From: Gekko japonicus
Lineage: Eukaryota
Direction of reading: 5' to 3'
Length of the DNA stretch: 64,000 nucleotides
Assembly (NCBI RefSeq): GCF_001447785.1
Contig: NW_015162478.1
Location: forward strand, 897,685 to 961,684
Part shown: positions 48,250-60,372 of the stretch, piece by piece
Layout: each line of letters begins with the position of its first letter
Position numbering within the stretch: the first letter of the stretch is position 1
Made by a program: the position numbers and the translations under genes
The notes under the pieces: generated by a model
What the model was told of the DNA's origin: nothing
The model's input: the letters and a program-made list of their open reading frames with translations, nothing else
The model's database searches: none

Positions 48250-49028
48250 TCGACACCTCCTTTGGAATACTGTATACAGTTCTGGTCGCCATATCTCAAA
48301 AAGGGCATTGTAGAGCCGGAAAAAGTATAGAAGAGGACAGCCAAGATGATTAGGGAGTTGGACCACCTTCCCTATGAGGAAAGGCTGAAGAGTCTGGGAC
48401 TTTTCAGTTTAGAAAAGAGATGACTAAGGGGTGTGTGTGTGTGACAGAGGTTTATAAAATTATACATAGGGTGGAGAGAGTTGACAAAGATAACTTTTTC
48501 TCCTCCCTCCCAAGACGCTAGAACTCGAGGGCATCAAATGAAGCTGCTGGGCAGTAGATTCAGGATGGACGAAAGGAAATACTTTACACAGGGAGTGATT
48601 AACATGTGGAATTCACTGCCAGACTATGTAGGGATGGCCACAGGAATAGACAGCTTTAAAGGTGGAACGTCTTCGGACAGTGCTGGCTCTTCGGCTTGGA
48701 AACGGAGATGAGCACCGCAACCCTAGAGTCGGACTCGACTGACTTTTGAGCAAGGGAACCTTTACCTTTACCTTTAGATAGATTCATAGAGAATAGGTCT
48801 ATCAGTGGCTGATAGCCAAGGTGATTGAGGGAAACCTCCACGTTCAGAGGCAGTCAACCTCTGAATACCAGGGCCAAGAGGCAACATCAAGGAAAGGCCT
48901 CAGCCTCTATGCCCTGTTGTTGGTCCACTTCCAGGGCAACTGGTTGGCCACTGTGTGAGACAGGATGCTGGATTAGATGGACCACTGGTCTGATTCAGCA
49001 GGGCTCTTCTGATAGTATTATGTTCTTA
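48250..49028 (+). mobile_element. CR1 LINE 3' fragment interrupted by a truncated Sauria SINE
   Basis: [42 protein letters not shown]; CR1 3' UTR ending tatgttctta. Confidence 0.93.
48666..48775 (+). mobile_element. 5'-truncated Sauria SINE
   Basis: aacgtcttcggacag...gggaacctttacctttaccttt. Confidence 0.93.
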
Positions 49029-49129
49029 ACACCAGGAAACATGGCAGCAAATGTGGAACTCTGGTCACATAATCAAAGTGCCCCAGAGAGTGACCCAAGT
49101 TGTAAGCTGGAGAAGTGGACATTTATTTA

Positions 49130-49340
49130 TTCACACCCCAGTTTTCTCCACAATGGAACCAAAGTGGCTTATGAACTGTTCTCTCCTCTTCCATTTTATC
49201 TTCACAACAACCACCCTGTGAGGTAGGATGAGCAACTGTGCAACTGGCTTAAGGTCACCCAGCGAGCTTCTATGGCAGATAGGGAACTTGAAACTGGGTC
49301 TGCCAGACACCAATGTGTCACTATGTTGCACTGGCTGTCT
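49130..49340 (-). mobile_element. Old MIR/CORE-like SINE
   Basis: ttttatcttcacaacaaccaccctgtgaggtagg. Confidence 0.65.
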
Positions 49341-51540
49341 CTTTAAGGGCCTTTGCGTACTACAAGTTTTTGAGAAAGAATCTTTTGAGGAGGAAGCACA
49401 TCTTTGAGGCACATGGCAGACAAAACAGAAGAAAGCCTTCACTGATAGTATTCCAAGCACATGGAGCTTGAAGCAGGCACCACAGTCTCATAAAAAGAAA
49501 ATCCTTCAAGCTGTAACAAGGCGATAAAGAAGGTAGATTGTCTCTATGGACACTTTTTGTAATTCCCTCCTCCTCTGGTCTCCCTTCCCCATTTCTAGCT
49601 TCCCACAACGGTGCCTGAAGAGGAGGAATTAAGAGAGGATCTCTCTCCCCATTAAAAAAACAGAACAGTGTAATCTCAGCAAAACAGCCAGCACTGAAAC
49701 AGGGAGAGTGTTTGGGGTTTTCTTTTCCCACAGGTACCACATCACAGTGGAGTAAGAAACAAACCCCCCTCAAAAAAAAAAAAGAGTGGGAATGGAGGCC
49801 TTGAAGTCAAGCCAAACACAAAAACTGAGGATCGCATTTCATTTTGCTGCTGGGGAAATCGCACCCGCTTGACCCTCAAATTCCACACTCCAAAGGGAGA
49901 GTCACAAATCCCCCCACACACACACCATTATTCAGACAATTCATCTCTGCTCCAGCAGGCTTCCCTCTCAAGGCCTGGCCAGAAAATTGAGCTGCGTCAA
50001 CCTGGTCTGCTCTGTACCTTGCCTCTTCTCCTATTGTTTTTAACCAGGCACTGAAAAATCTGCCCAGGTGAAACTCCCACAGACAGATAAAGAAGTCTGA
50101 TTCACAGACCTGCAAGAGTCACCTCTGGCTCAGTGGCTGGACCAAACTTACGTCACTGTGACAATGTGGGACGGGTAAGGATCACTTTATAACCCTGCAC
50201 AATTACAGAACTATACAAACGCAGAGGGGATAAAGGTTGATTAAGTTTGCCGATCCACAGCCAGCTGTAGAACCTGCAACCCTCCCTCCTGCTTTAACCC
50301 TTGCTGTACAATACATACGCAAATGTGACCATTACTTTTTTCATTCTGCTTGAGATTAAGGCAGTTACTACCAGTATATGTTCATGCCCAACGTTTCTAA
50401 TTAGAGCATAGAAGCATCATCGGCTGTAGAATTCGGCTTCTTAAAGAATCTCAGGTCTCTTTTGTTAACAGTTTAGTCCTCATGGATGCAAAAAAAATGC
50501 CTCCAAGGCAATACCTACTGGAGATCTCAGAAAATGTGGCTGAATCAGATTTCTTGTGGCTGAGGGGGAAGCCTCCTTCCGCAAAGTCTAGAAAACCCAT
50601 AATTCTGGCAGGAATGGCACACTTTACAGAATAACTGTACCAAACAATTAAAAAAGACTCACGCGAACTTATTCCGTGACCAACCAATTAACTTCCTCCT
50701 CCTGCAGAACATGCAATGCACAGTTGGGAACATTTAACTGGTTTCCGTGAAGAGAGTGCCACATCCCTTTTCCATTCCGTGACGACTTGGTCATCTTTTC
50801 TAAACCTAAGCTGAATCCTACTGGGTTAACTTTTGGGGTAGGAGGAAGTGATGCATAGTATCACTTGCTAACCCAGTACAATGAGTCCTCTTCCCCCCGC
50901 CCCATCAAAACAGGTTTGATGAGAGAAATTCCACCAAGAGGCCGGGATGGGTTGGGGTGGATGGCAGTCCTGCAGTTGTGTGTATCTAGAGAATGACCCT
51001 GTTGGAGTCAGCTGGGGGGGGGGAGAGACTCAACAATGTGCGAGCTCAAGAGATTTGACAACAAAATGTGGGGGAGAAGAACCCACCAATGATGGTGCAT
51101 TTATAGTCCTTCTCCTTCCTATTCCTGGTAGGTTCTGGCTTTGGGGTTTCTGAACACTGTAAATAAGCTTTCAGTATAGAGAATGTCCCCATTTTTTATT
51201 AACTGAAACTACGACCAGCTAAGAACATGCCTTATACACCTGAGTACCACCCCAAGATTATGAAATGCAAATCTGCTGGAGTATTATGAACGATGACTTG
51301 CTTTCCTGGTGAAAATGGACACTTCTCATCCCTTACTGTATTGCTGTGCTGTACAGGGAGGTAGAGCAAAGAGGGGAATAAGTCTTGAAATTTTATTTTA
51401 TACAGATTTCTTTAATTTCTGTCCTTTCTTTTGGCTAATGTGACCTCAAAGAATGAAACCACAATCAACAGGAACTACAATCCGCAAAAGAATCCCTTAA
51501 AACCTATTCCTGAAACCAATTTGGCAGCCTATGCTGAACC

Positions 51541-51742
51541 CATGAAGCTGTTTTATAGTGGGACCGACCTCTGGCCTATCAAAGTCAGTACAATCTATTC
51601 TGAACAGCAGCAACTCTCCAGGGTCTTGGGCTGAGGACTCTCACATCACCTATGACCTGATCATTTCAGCTGGAAACTCTTGGGATTGAACCTGGGACTT
51701 TCTGCATTCACTGCAGATGCTCAACCAGTGAATCACAGCACC
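51541..51742 (-). mobile_element. tRNA-headed SINE with CR1-like tail
   Basis: gggattgaacctgggactttctgcat. Confidence 0.7.
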
Positions 51743-51840
51743 TACTCTGACCGCTAGATAATCCTGTTTAGCCCACTTGTGGCTTCTGAAATCACTTATA
51801 TTGTCTTTCTTTCTTTTTTTGGTGTTTTTGCTGTGTCATA

Positions 51841-52059
51841 TGCGCACGTCCACGCACCTATGCCTGGAAGTCATGGTGACCTCAGGCGACTCCTACTGGG
51901 GTACGGAGGACATTCAGATAAGTGGCTTGATAGCCTGCCTCTGCCTTCTAGCCCTGATATTCTTTGGAGGTCTCCCTTCCAAGTACTTGCTAGGGTCTGC
52001 CTTGATTAGCATCCAAGATCTGACGGGATCGGGCTTGCCTGGGCTATCCAGGTCAGGGC
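51841..52059 (-). mobile_element. 5S rRNA-headed SINE
   Basis: ggtctcccttccaagtactt...gatctgacgggatcgggc; same subfamily as 14744-15000. Confidence 0.8.
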
Positions 52060-52694
52060 ATATTCCAAGCATTTTCAATCCTCTTGGGAGCCGTAAGTGC
52101 TTTAAAAAAACATTCTCAAGATCTTCAGTTTCAGAGGGTGGCCATGTCGGTCTGCAGTTGAAGAGCCAGACTGAAGTCCTGCAGCACCATGCAGACCAAC
52201 AAGGGTTGTTGTTCGGTTTTTTGGGGGGAGGGGGAGTATGAGTTCTCAAGAGTCAGAGCTTCCTTTGTCGAGATCGACCATTGGATACTCACCGTGAAGG
52301 GTCCTTCTCCTCTGAGGCTTGGAGGACATCTTGTGGGTGATTCCCATCCATCACTCAGGGAGGCAGGATTAATTTCAAACTTCCTGTTTCCTGTGGTGGG
52401 AGTCACCCTAGGCTCAGTTCTGGTGTTCCCGAAGCAGTGTTTTAATAGCTAACATTCTCTAAACAGTAACATAAAAAGACCCTGACAACTTGTTAACACA
52501 TATAAAGAAACCGCCACAGACACGTGGAACAGGAAACAATAGAAGAAGTAAGGTTTATACTCTCTCTTTCTGCTCGTCAGATATGGCATAAGGAATAGTA
52601 TAATTAAAGGTAACAGAAGTAAAGAGGACAACCCCGGTGGGGCCAAGATGTCCTCCAAGCCTCAGAGCTTGTGGGACCTTCCAGAGCAGTGTCC

Positions 52695-53790
52695 CTAAAT
52701 GTTGGGAGGGGGGTCGTCATCGCAGGAAATGATAGACTGAAGTACTCTCCTGCCAAACGCTGCGTCCACAGATGCATATAAATTGATCCTATAGTGCTTA
52801 ATGAATGTGGACACAGATGACCATGTGGCAACTTTGCAAACTTCCTCTACCGAAGCTCTATTGATAAAAGCAGCATTCATGGCTGCACCGCGTAAGGAAT
52901 GTGCCGTAATTCCCTCCGGCAGACTCAGTTTTAGGCTCTTATAAGCTTCTGCTATGCAAGATCTAAGTACTTTACTGATGGCTGCACTTGACATCTTCTT
53001 TCCCGTGTGTGGGGGAGAAATGTTCACAAACAGGGCTTCTGTTTTTCTGAAAGAGCTTGTTCTATGAATATAGCACTTAAGCGCCCTCCGTACGTCCAGA
53101 GTATGCCAGAGCTTCTCCTTAGGATGCGTGGGGTTTGGAACAAATGATGGTAAGCATAGTTCTTGTACTCTATGAAACTGAGTATTGGTTTTTGGACGAA
53201 AGGTAGGGTCTGTCCTCAATATAACCTTCTCCTTGTGAAAAACACAAAGGTCTGACCAGATGGATAATGCGCTCAGCTCCTATATCCTCCTGGCCGAGGT
53301 TATGGCTACTAAGAAGAGGGCCTTCATCCTTAGAAATTGTAAGGAATTTTTTTTTCAATTGGTTCAAATGGGGCCTTTGTGAGTGCCGTGAGAACTGTGT
53401 TGAGTTTCCAAGTAGGAAACCTGTGCTTTGTTGAAGGGAGTTTAGCAGAAGCTCCTTTCAGGAAGTGTGATACGTGAGGATGTTGGGAAATTGAAGATCC
53501 CTTGTAAAGCGGTAGAATTGAGGCTAGAGTTGCTACCTGTCTCTTTAGTGTCGCCGTTCTTAGACCACTAGTCTTGTAGGAATGCCAGTACTGACGCAAT
53601 CTTAGGGTGCAGAGGATCCACCTTTTTTCTTCTGGACCAGCGGACAAAGGCTTTCCATGTGCAATTATATATCCTGGAGGTTGACGGTCTTCTGGATGCT
53701 AGGATCGTCTCTATGACTTGAGGATCATAACCTAATGTTTGCAACTTCCTCCTTTCAATTTCCACGCGGTCAAGCAGAACCACTCTGGTC
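52695..53790 (-). pseudogene. DIRS tyrosine recombinase, disrupted
   Basis: N-terminal SRRPSTSRIYNCTWKAFVRW; catalytic VAITSARR followed by premature TAG (53282-53280); HTLDVRRAL, AHSLR, ATW, FIKHY; frameshifts between ORF pieces. Confidence 0.93.
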
Positions 53791-54245
53791 TGGGATGCCA
53801 AAGCGGGCCCTGTATCAGCATGTCTGGAGGCGTTGGAAGATGCAGAGGCTGAGTTACCGACATCTGTTGCAGGGATGAAAACCATGGCCGCCGTGGCCAG
53901 TACGGCGCTACTACTATAACCTGTGCTTTCAGTATTTGAATTCTTCTGAGTAACTGTGGAAGGACTGGTAGTGATGGGAAGGCATACAGAAGTCCCCGAG
54001 GCCATGGAGACGTTAGGGCGTCTATGCTCTCTGCCCGTGAATGATAGTACCGAGTAAAGAACCTCACTAGTTGCGCATTGGTTGGTGACGCGAAGAGGTC
54101 CACTATTGGAGTTCCTAAGGTATCTGTTATGAACGGAAAGATCTTCCGATTCAGAGACCTTTCACTCTCCTGCAGTGATTGGCGACTCAGCCAGTCCGCC
54201 TGGATGTTGACTTCTCCTTTCACATGTTCCGCCTTTATTGAGATG
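53732..54245 (-). pseudogene. DIRS RNase H C-terminus plus N6-adenine methyltransferase-like domain
   Basis: AEHVKGEVNIQADWLSR; IVDLFAS, DAL..PW, YAFPS, VVAPYWPRRPWF. Confidence 0.88.
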
Positions 54246-54415
54246 GTTCTTGTGTGTTGGAGATGCAAGAAATCGGTGGGGGGGGAGAAGTCGAAACTCT
54301 ATCTTGCAACCGTCTTTGACTATATCTGTTGTCCACACGTCTGCATGTGAGGCTATCCATGCTTGATGGAAGAGTGTAAGACGGCCTCCCACCAGCGGGT
54401 CTTTATAGTCATGCC
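54246..54415 (-). pseudogene. DIRS pol N-terminal stub (RT core deleted)
   Basis: LVGGRLTLFHQAW...IVKDGCKIEF joins directly to the RNase H end; no YLDD motif. Confidence 0.85.
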
Positions 54416-56142
54416 CAAGGATTCTTGGTCTCTCTGTCTCCTTTTCCCTGTCTGTTGAAGTTGGGTCTGGAGAACCGGGCATTGAAACCTCCCCTACGAA
54501 AGGACTGCTTGTTGTTGTTCCATGACTGTCTTCTGTCTTGCCTGAATCTAGGTAACGTGTGTTGTGTACGAAAAGAAGAAGTCGAAGAGGTGGTTCCCTT
54601 GTCCCCTAGGCGAACCATCTTAGGCATAGCCTTTTTCTTATCTCGAGTCTCTACAAGGATCCTCTCTAATGATTCTCCAAAAAGTTTATCTCCCTGAAAG
54701 GGATAGGCAGAAACAATTGCTTTGGATTGATAGTCCGCTAGCCAAGCTCTAAGCCAAACCATTCTGCGGACAGCTGCTGCAGCTGCTAGGGCTTTAGAGG
54801 CACAGACCATGGTGTCCAGGGTAGCATCGGCTGCATAGGACACTGCCTTCAAAACGCATAAGTCTGTGGTTGTTATCGGGTAGTAACTGAATGAGTTTCC
54901 TCATCCACACTATGGTCGCCCTGTTATCGGGTATTAACTGAATGAGTTTCCTCATCCACACTATGGTCGCCCTGGAGACAGTAGATGTTGTCGCTGACAT
55001 TTTGATTGCCCATAGCGCAGGCTTCATGGGCTTTTTTCAGCCCAAATTCAGCTCTTCTGTCAAAGTTGTTTTTCAGGTTGTCATGCCCGTTTTCTGTAAC
55101 CAGTCTTGATGACTGTAGCACAGCTACAGGTGCGTCTACTGCCGGAACCTGCAACATACTTGAAGCAGAAGATGAAATGGGGTACAGTTTCTTAACAGCC
55201 GCTGACACGGGTCTATTTGCCAGTGGTCTCTCCCATTCTGCCTTCATTTTTCTGGTATAAAAGTCAGGAAAAGGAAAAGCCATTTCTGAATAATCAACAG
55301 GGGGGAAAAATTCATTTGTGATTTCATCCCCTTCTTTCTTGTCCTGTGTATCAGCTAGTTTTCCATCCACAGGTTGGGAACCCTGTATGCGTAGAGCTGA
55401 GAGGGTCTTTGTGAGTAAATATGAAATATCTTCCCCTTTAAAAAATCTAAAGGATTGATCCTTGGGAACTGATTTGTTTTCATCCTCTTCATTAGAAGAG
55501 AATTTCCCCTCCTCTTGATCACTAGGAATATGTGATATAGATTCCTCCTCCTCATTCAGCATATCATGTGAAGAACCCTCCCAGGGGAGTCTCTTCTGAG
55601 CAGCTTTGGTGGGCCATGGCTGAGTTCCCTTGAATTTGCTTGGGGGTGAAGGAGGTGATGGAGGAGGGGGGTTAAAGTGGGAGTGCATGCCCCTGGGGTC
55701 CCTGGAAAGGGCAATTTCTTCCCTCATTGCTTGTCTAATGTATGCCATCAAGGCTGGGGAAATAGGGGGGACCATGTTCGGTTACGTAACCCTCTGAACG
55801 CTCTATGCCGTCGTTCTCATCAGAAGCCTTATAGGACTGGTTCTGTCCTGCAGTTCGGCTTTTGTGCTGCCCATCATTGTCGGGGCGTCGTGGTTGCGGG
55901 AATTGACTCTGAAAGCCCGTCATGTCTTTTCTGAGCACCAGCCGGAAGGCTTCAAAATGGCCGCCAGAGTTTTCACGGGCTCTTTCTGCGCACCCGTTTT
56001 GGTATGCTTCGCCCTCTCCCCACTTCTCCGCCGCGGCTGCGGTCCTTATTCGGGCCGAGCCTTCGATCTCTGTGGCGTTAGCTCCCAGGGCGTCCCTCTC
56101 CGGAGTGGAGAGAAAATTGTTGTTGTCCTCCCGATTTGCCAT
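54409..56142 (-). pseudogene. DIRS ORF1 (gag-like, LAP2alpha-related domain), frameshifted
   Basis: Consecutive ORFs 55735-56142, 54924-55775, 54794-55027 and 54409-54852 with VKKLYP, VPAVDAPV, DRRAE, RRMVWLRAW, PFQGDKLFG and an Arg-rich end. Confidence 0.85.
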
Positions 56143-56786
56143 CGGCCTGGAGGATTTGGTTTCGTGCCGAGGAATATTTTTTCCCTTCCAGTCTTCAGCA
56201 GAAGTGAGGGGGGGGGGGATAGCAAAGAGAGGCTTTTTTTTTTTTGTAAGCAGGAGGGTAGGGTTAAGGTTTGTGTAAGACAGAGATATAAGAAGAGAGT
56301 AAGCCAGTGAAAGCAGTCAAAGGATAAGGCAAAGCCTAGACCTAGTTGCTCTCCCTACTGAGGCAGGAAAAGAACTGAGCCCTAGGGTGACTCCCACCAC
56401 AGGAAACAGGAAGTTTGAAATTGGATGGATGGGAATCACCCACAAGATGGCCTCCACCTCAGAGGGAGAAGTTCATGTTCAGGATGTTTGTATGTCAAAT
56501 CATCTGCCTGTGTGGTAGCTGCAGAATACCCACACTGCTCTTCCAGAGCTTCAGGTAACTGACTGGAAACAAGAGGCCATTCACACAATCCCTCCTTCTT
56601 TTTGCAGGGTATGTTTTCTCTCTCATCCTGGTTCGTTTATTAACAAGATTTACATACATCCCTCTTTTCTACCCTCATCAGGGCCACCAAGACAGCTAAA
56701 AGATTTTTTAAAATATATAAAATATTTTATATTTATATATATTTGTATAAAATTATATATATATATATATATAATAGTTTTATTGT

Positions 56787-56820
56787 NNNNNNNNNNNNNN
56801 NNNNNNNNNNNNNNNNNNNN
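56787..56820. other. Assembly gap after an (AT)-rich tract
   Basis: N run. Confidence 1.
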
Positions 56821-57112
56821 AACTGATCTCTGCTACCTGAAGAGCAGTTGTAATTTTGAGTGATCTCCACCCCTCACCCCACAATAAAAAATAAAAACAC
56901 ACCTTAGAAACCATTAAAACCAAAGAAAAATACATCAACAAAAGCAAAGCTAAAACACCCATAACAGTAACATAAAAACAACAACTGAAACAAAGGGCGG
57001 TTGTGATATGTTTGTGATGTTGGCCAGGACCACAAAACCATGTATTTTGCACACCACTTTCTTGTGACCTCAGAGACCCACTGCCCAGCAGGACAGACAA
57101 GATAGAGCTAGA

Positions 57113-57320
57113 GAGGGCATGGCTCAGTGGTAGAGCATTTGCTTGGTATGCAGAAGGTCCCAGGTTCAATCCTTAGCATTTCCAGCGAAAAGGACCAGGT
57201 AGTGGACGATGTGAAAAACCTCCACTTGAGACCCTGGAGAACTGCTGCCAGTCTGAGTAGACAATACTGACCTTGAAGAACCAATGGTCTGATTTGATAT
57301 AAGGCAGTTTTATGCTCGAA
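57113..57320 (+). mobile_element. tRNA(Ala-like)-headed SINE with CR1-like tail
   Basis: tggctcagtggtagagcatttgcttggtatgcagaaggtcccaggttcaatcc...ccaatggtctgatttgatataaggcag. Confidence 0.85.
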
Positions 57321-57346
57321 CAATACAAGACAACTTCATATACAGA

Positions 57347-57503
57347 AGGGGTTGTGGCTCAGTGGCACATGGTTTGGACACAGAAGGTCCCAGGCTCAAT
57401 CCAGTTAAAAGCAGCAGGTTTCTCTGCCAAAGACCATGGAAAACCACTCACAGTTACCACCAATAACTGAGCCCCTGTTCTGCCTCAGTAAAAGACAACT
57501 TTG
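57347..57503 (+). mobile_element. Second degraded copy of the same SINE
   Basis: gtggctcagtgg...cagaaggtcccaggctcaatcc. Confidence 0.65.
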
Positions 57504-58520
57504 ATACGTTTCGTCAATGAAAAAGTCGGCTTTCTAAATAAAACATCTGGCAATACTTCATGATTGCTACAGGGATTTTGTCAGTGTGGCTGAGTTCTGA
57601 CACAAAAGCCACCCCTTAGGGTCCAAAGATCCATGTACTGGAATAGGTGTTGATCCTTTTAAAATTAATGGCACTTAAATGGGCACTGGGAGCCAGGAGT
57701 TTAACAGGCAGTTTTAAGAGATTTCACAGTTGTGCCCTCTCATTCTGCCTTTCAGATTTTTTGCCACTCCCATAATGCCTTGTGGCAGGCCCACACAGAT
57801 ATGAAAAGGAAGTTGATTGGAATGAGAAGTTTAGTGCACTGTGCAACCAGGAGAGGAAAAAAACTGTCATTAATCATTCAGTCTGCAACAGGCTTAAGCA
57901 CTATTTCCAGCAACCGGAAATGAAAAACTACAGACTGCAGAACCAGGCTGAAGTTGTATCCAGAAAGTATTCAAAGGGCTGGGCTTGGGTTGGGGACTTT
58001 TCTGGCATTTCCCCCCACTATCTGTAAGGTTTCGAATGAATGAACAGAAACAATAGCTGAAAGGCTCACAGAGTTATTTGTGTAGCCGTTCGCTAAGGGT
58101 CACTCACACTCTACACAGCACCCAACTGGGGTTTGCCACAAACCTCTGCAGCTTGTAACATGCCATGTAACATGGCTTGTTACGTTCACACATGCAGTTT
58201 TTAATTACATGGTTCAGTCTTTTGGTACACATTCAGAAATGCCAAATAGGTGAAACATGCATAAAGAGTTTAACATTCGCACCTGGAAGTTTGGCTTGAA
58301 CACAGCGTTGCAAGTGAAACTAAAAGGCCGCTTTTCTAGAAATCATTGTTCGATGTGATTTTAGAAACTGGGTCTTAAGCTCTGTTTGTTTATTGATTTA
58401 CTAGTGATAGTGCACTCAACATTGCCTAAGCTTTTATCAATCATTAAAAGAAAGCAAATCGCCAGCCCCTATGGTTTTGAAGACAAGTAATACCTGTGGG
58501 CCAGGGACTTGCAATATCTC

Positions 58521-58820
58521 AGAACGTAAGAAGAGCCCTGCTGGATCAGACCAAAGGTCCATTCAGTCCAATATCTTACTGTGGCCAACTAAAATGCTTC
58601 TGGGAAGCTCACAAATGCAGGAGTACCATTTTACTATAATTTGCCTGCCAGCAAGTGGTATTCAAAGGTATACTGCCCCTGAACCTGGAGGTTCTATGTA
58701 ATTATTGCTTCTAATACCACAGTGATAGGCCACTTTTACGTGAATTTGCCAAGCCGCATTTTGAAAGCATCCAGTCTAATGGCCACTGCTACATTTTGTA
58801 GCAGGAAGTTCCATAAAAGA
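58521..58820 (-). mobile_element. Old CR1 3' end
   Basis: agaacgtaagaagagccctgctggatcagacc...tccattcagtcc. Confidence 0.65.
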
Positions 58821-60004
58821 AACCAGAAGAGACCTGAGAATACCCTCAGATGGAAAGCCAGTGTGGTATGAAACTGCTACCTAAGCATCTCTCCTCCACT
58901 TTCCGGAAAGAACCGCCTGCAGCAACTTGCTTACTAGCTAAAAGGGCAATGCCTCCCCTTAACTTTGCTGCCTCTCCACCTAACCATTGCCGAATGCAGC
59001 TGGGCTTGGCTCCATAATAAACATAACATATTGCATTAAGTCTTGATAGATGGATTTCCATAATTGAAACCAGCGTGCACGCAGGAACTGAGGCAAGAAA
59101 GCTGTATAATTTACGAAAGGTGTAGAGCCGAAACTGGGTGTTGCAATAGTAAATCTTCACTGATACTGACCTATTTTCCTACTGCCTCTATTCTATAATA
59201 ATAACCATGGTGAAGAAAAAAGTTTTTGTAGGAACACAAAACTCTTTCTGAAGCAAATGCTGAAATCTGGAGGACCCACCTGTCACCTGGAACAGAAGTC
59301 AGCACAGAACAGGTGGGGCTGTCATAAGAACATAAGAGCACAAGAAGAGCTCTGCTGGTTCAGACCATCTAGTCTAGCAGACTGTCTCACACCGTGGTCA
59401 ACCAATTGCTCTAGCAGTGTGCAGCTCTTCACAGATTTGGGTTTTTTTAAAAAAAATGTTAAGGAAATACTGTAAAATCTCCCAGTCAAATATCACAGTT
59501 ATGGGCTGACAACTTTAAAAACGGTCCCTCAAGCTGCATCAATTCATCTTGTGATGCTATTTAGTTCCACGCCAGGAAAAACCTCAAAGGCCCTTTCCTG
59601 CATATCATTATGGGAGTCATTTTTCTCCCAGCCAACTGGCCACCTTAATCTCAATGGTCCCCACCTCCTCAATCTCAAAAGCAGATGTCAAGAAACACAC
59701 CTCTTGAAATTTGGTTCCTGGAGAGGTTTCTTTGCCACTACACGTGGGCAGACTGTCTGCTTCGCCCAGGGCACCCGGCAGAAACTAGACACGCTGAGTC
59801 AGAGGCCAGGTGACTCCAGGGCACCAATCGCAGCCTCCAGACACATATAAGCTCCTTGCTGACTCTGGCTTGAGCAAGTTGTCAGTGGCCTAGAACACAC
59901 CTGCCTAGGTGTCCCACATTTGTCAAGCTGTCAGCTACTCCCATCAACCTTCCGGCCAATCCCAAAGCCTCCCAAAGGCCTAAATGGCCCTGAACATCTA
60001 GACA

Positions 60005-60211
60005 AACACATGAAGCTGCCACATACTGAATCAGACCATTGGTACATCAAGGTCAGTATTGTCAACTCAGACTGGCAGCAGCTTTCCAAGGTCTTAGACA
60101 GAGGCCTTTTGCATCACCAACTACCTGGTCCTTTTAACTAGAGATGTTGGGGATTGAACACAGGACTTTCTGCATGCAAAGCAGAGGCTCTTCCACTGAG
60201 CTGCAGCCCCT
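60005..60211 (-). mobile_element. tRNA-headed SINE with CR1-like tail
   Basis: catgaagctgccacatactgaatcagaccattgg...ccactgagctgcagcccc. Confidence 0.82.
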
Positions 60212-60372
60212 TCCCAAATCCACATGGCAACATTCTCATGTTATTCTTCCAAAGTTCTGTGGTCCCCCCCCCTCCCAAAGCTAAAGTACTCAAACCTCTC
60301 ACCCCATCGAAGTCCTAAGCCTACAACAGAAGAAATCTGATAACTTTTGTTAACACTGCAAGTAACTGAAGA

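Larger units (their letters stand above)
52273..56470 (-). mobile_element. DIRS1-type tyrosine-recombinase retrotransposon, internally deleted
   Basis: Inverted termini 52305-52421 and 56371-56470, 3' extension ~52273-52304, ICR remnant 52644-52675, domain order gag/RT-RNaseH/MT/YR, no TSD. Confidence 0.95.

Noticed and set aside
52695-54268. Phage integrase plus Dam methylase as bacterial or phage contamination
   Set aside because: Domain order, overlapping frames and inverted termini are those of a DIRS retrotransposon embedded among squamate repeats.
55864-56310. Plus-strand ORFs of 118-148 aa
   Set aside because: Antisense shadows of the GC-rich DIRS ORF1 and leader.
57113-57185. tRNA-Ala-like sequence
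   Set aside because: Stems are mismatched and it runs into a repeated SINE body present about ten times; not a tRNA gene.
59700-59995. LTR-like composition (CCAAT, tataa)
   Set aside because: No definable TG..CA ends or TSD.
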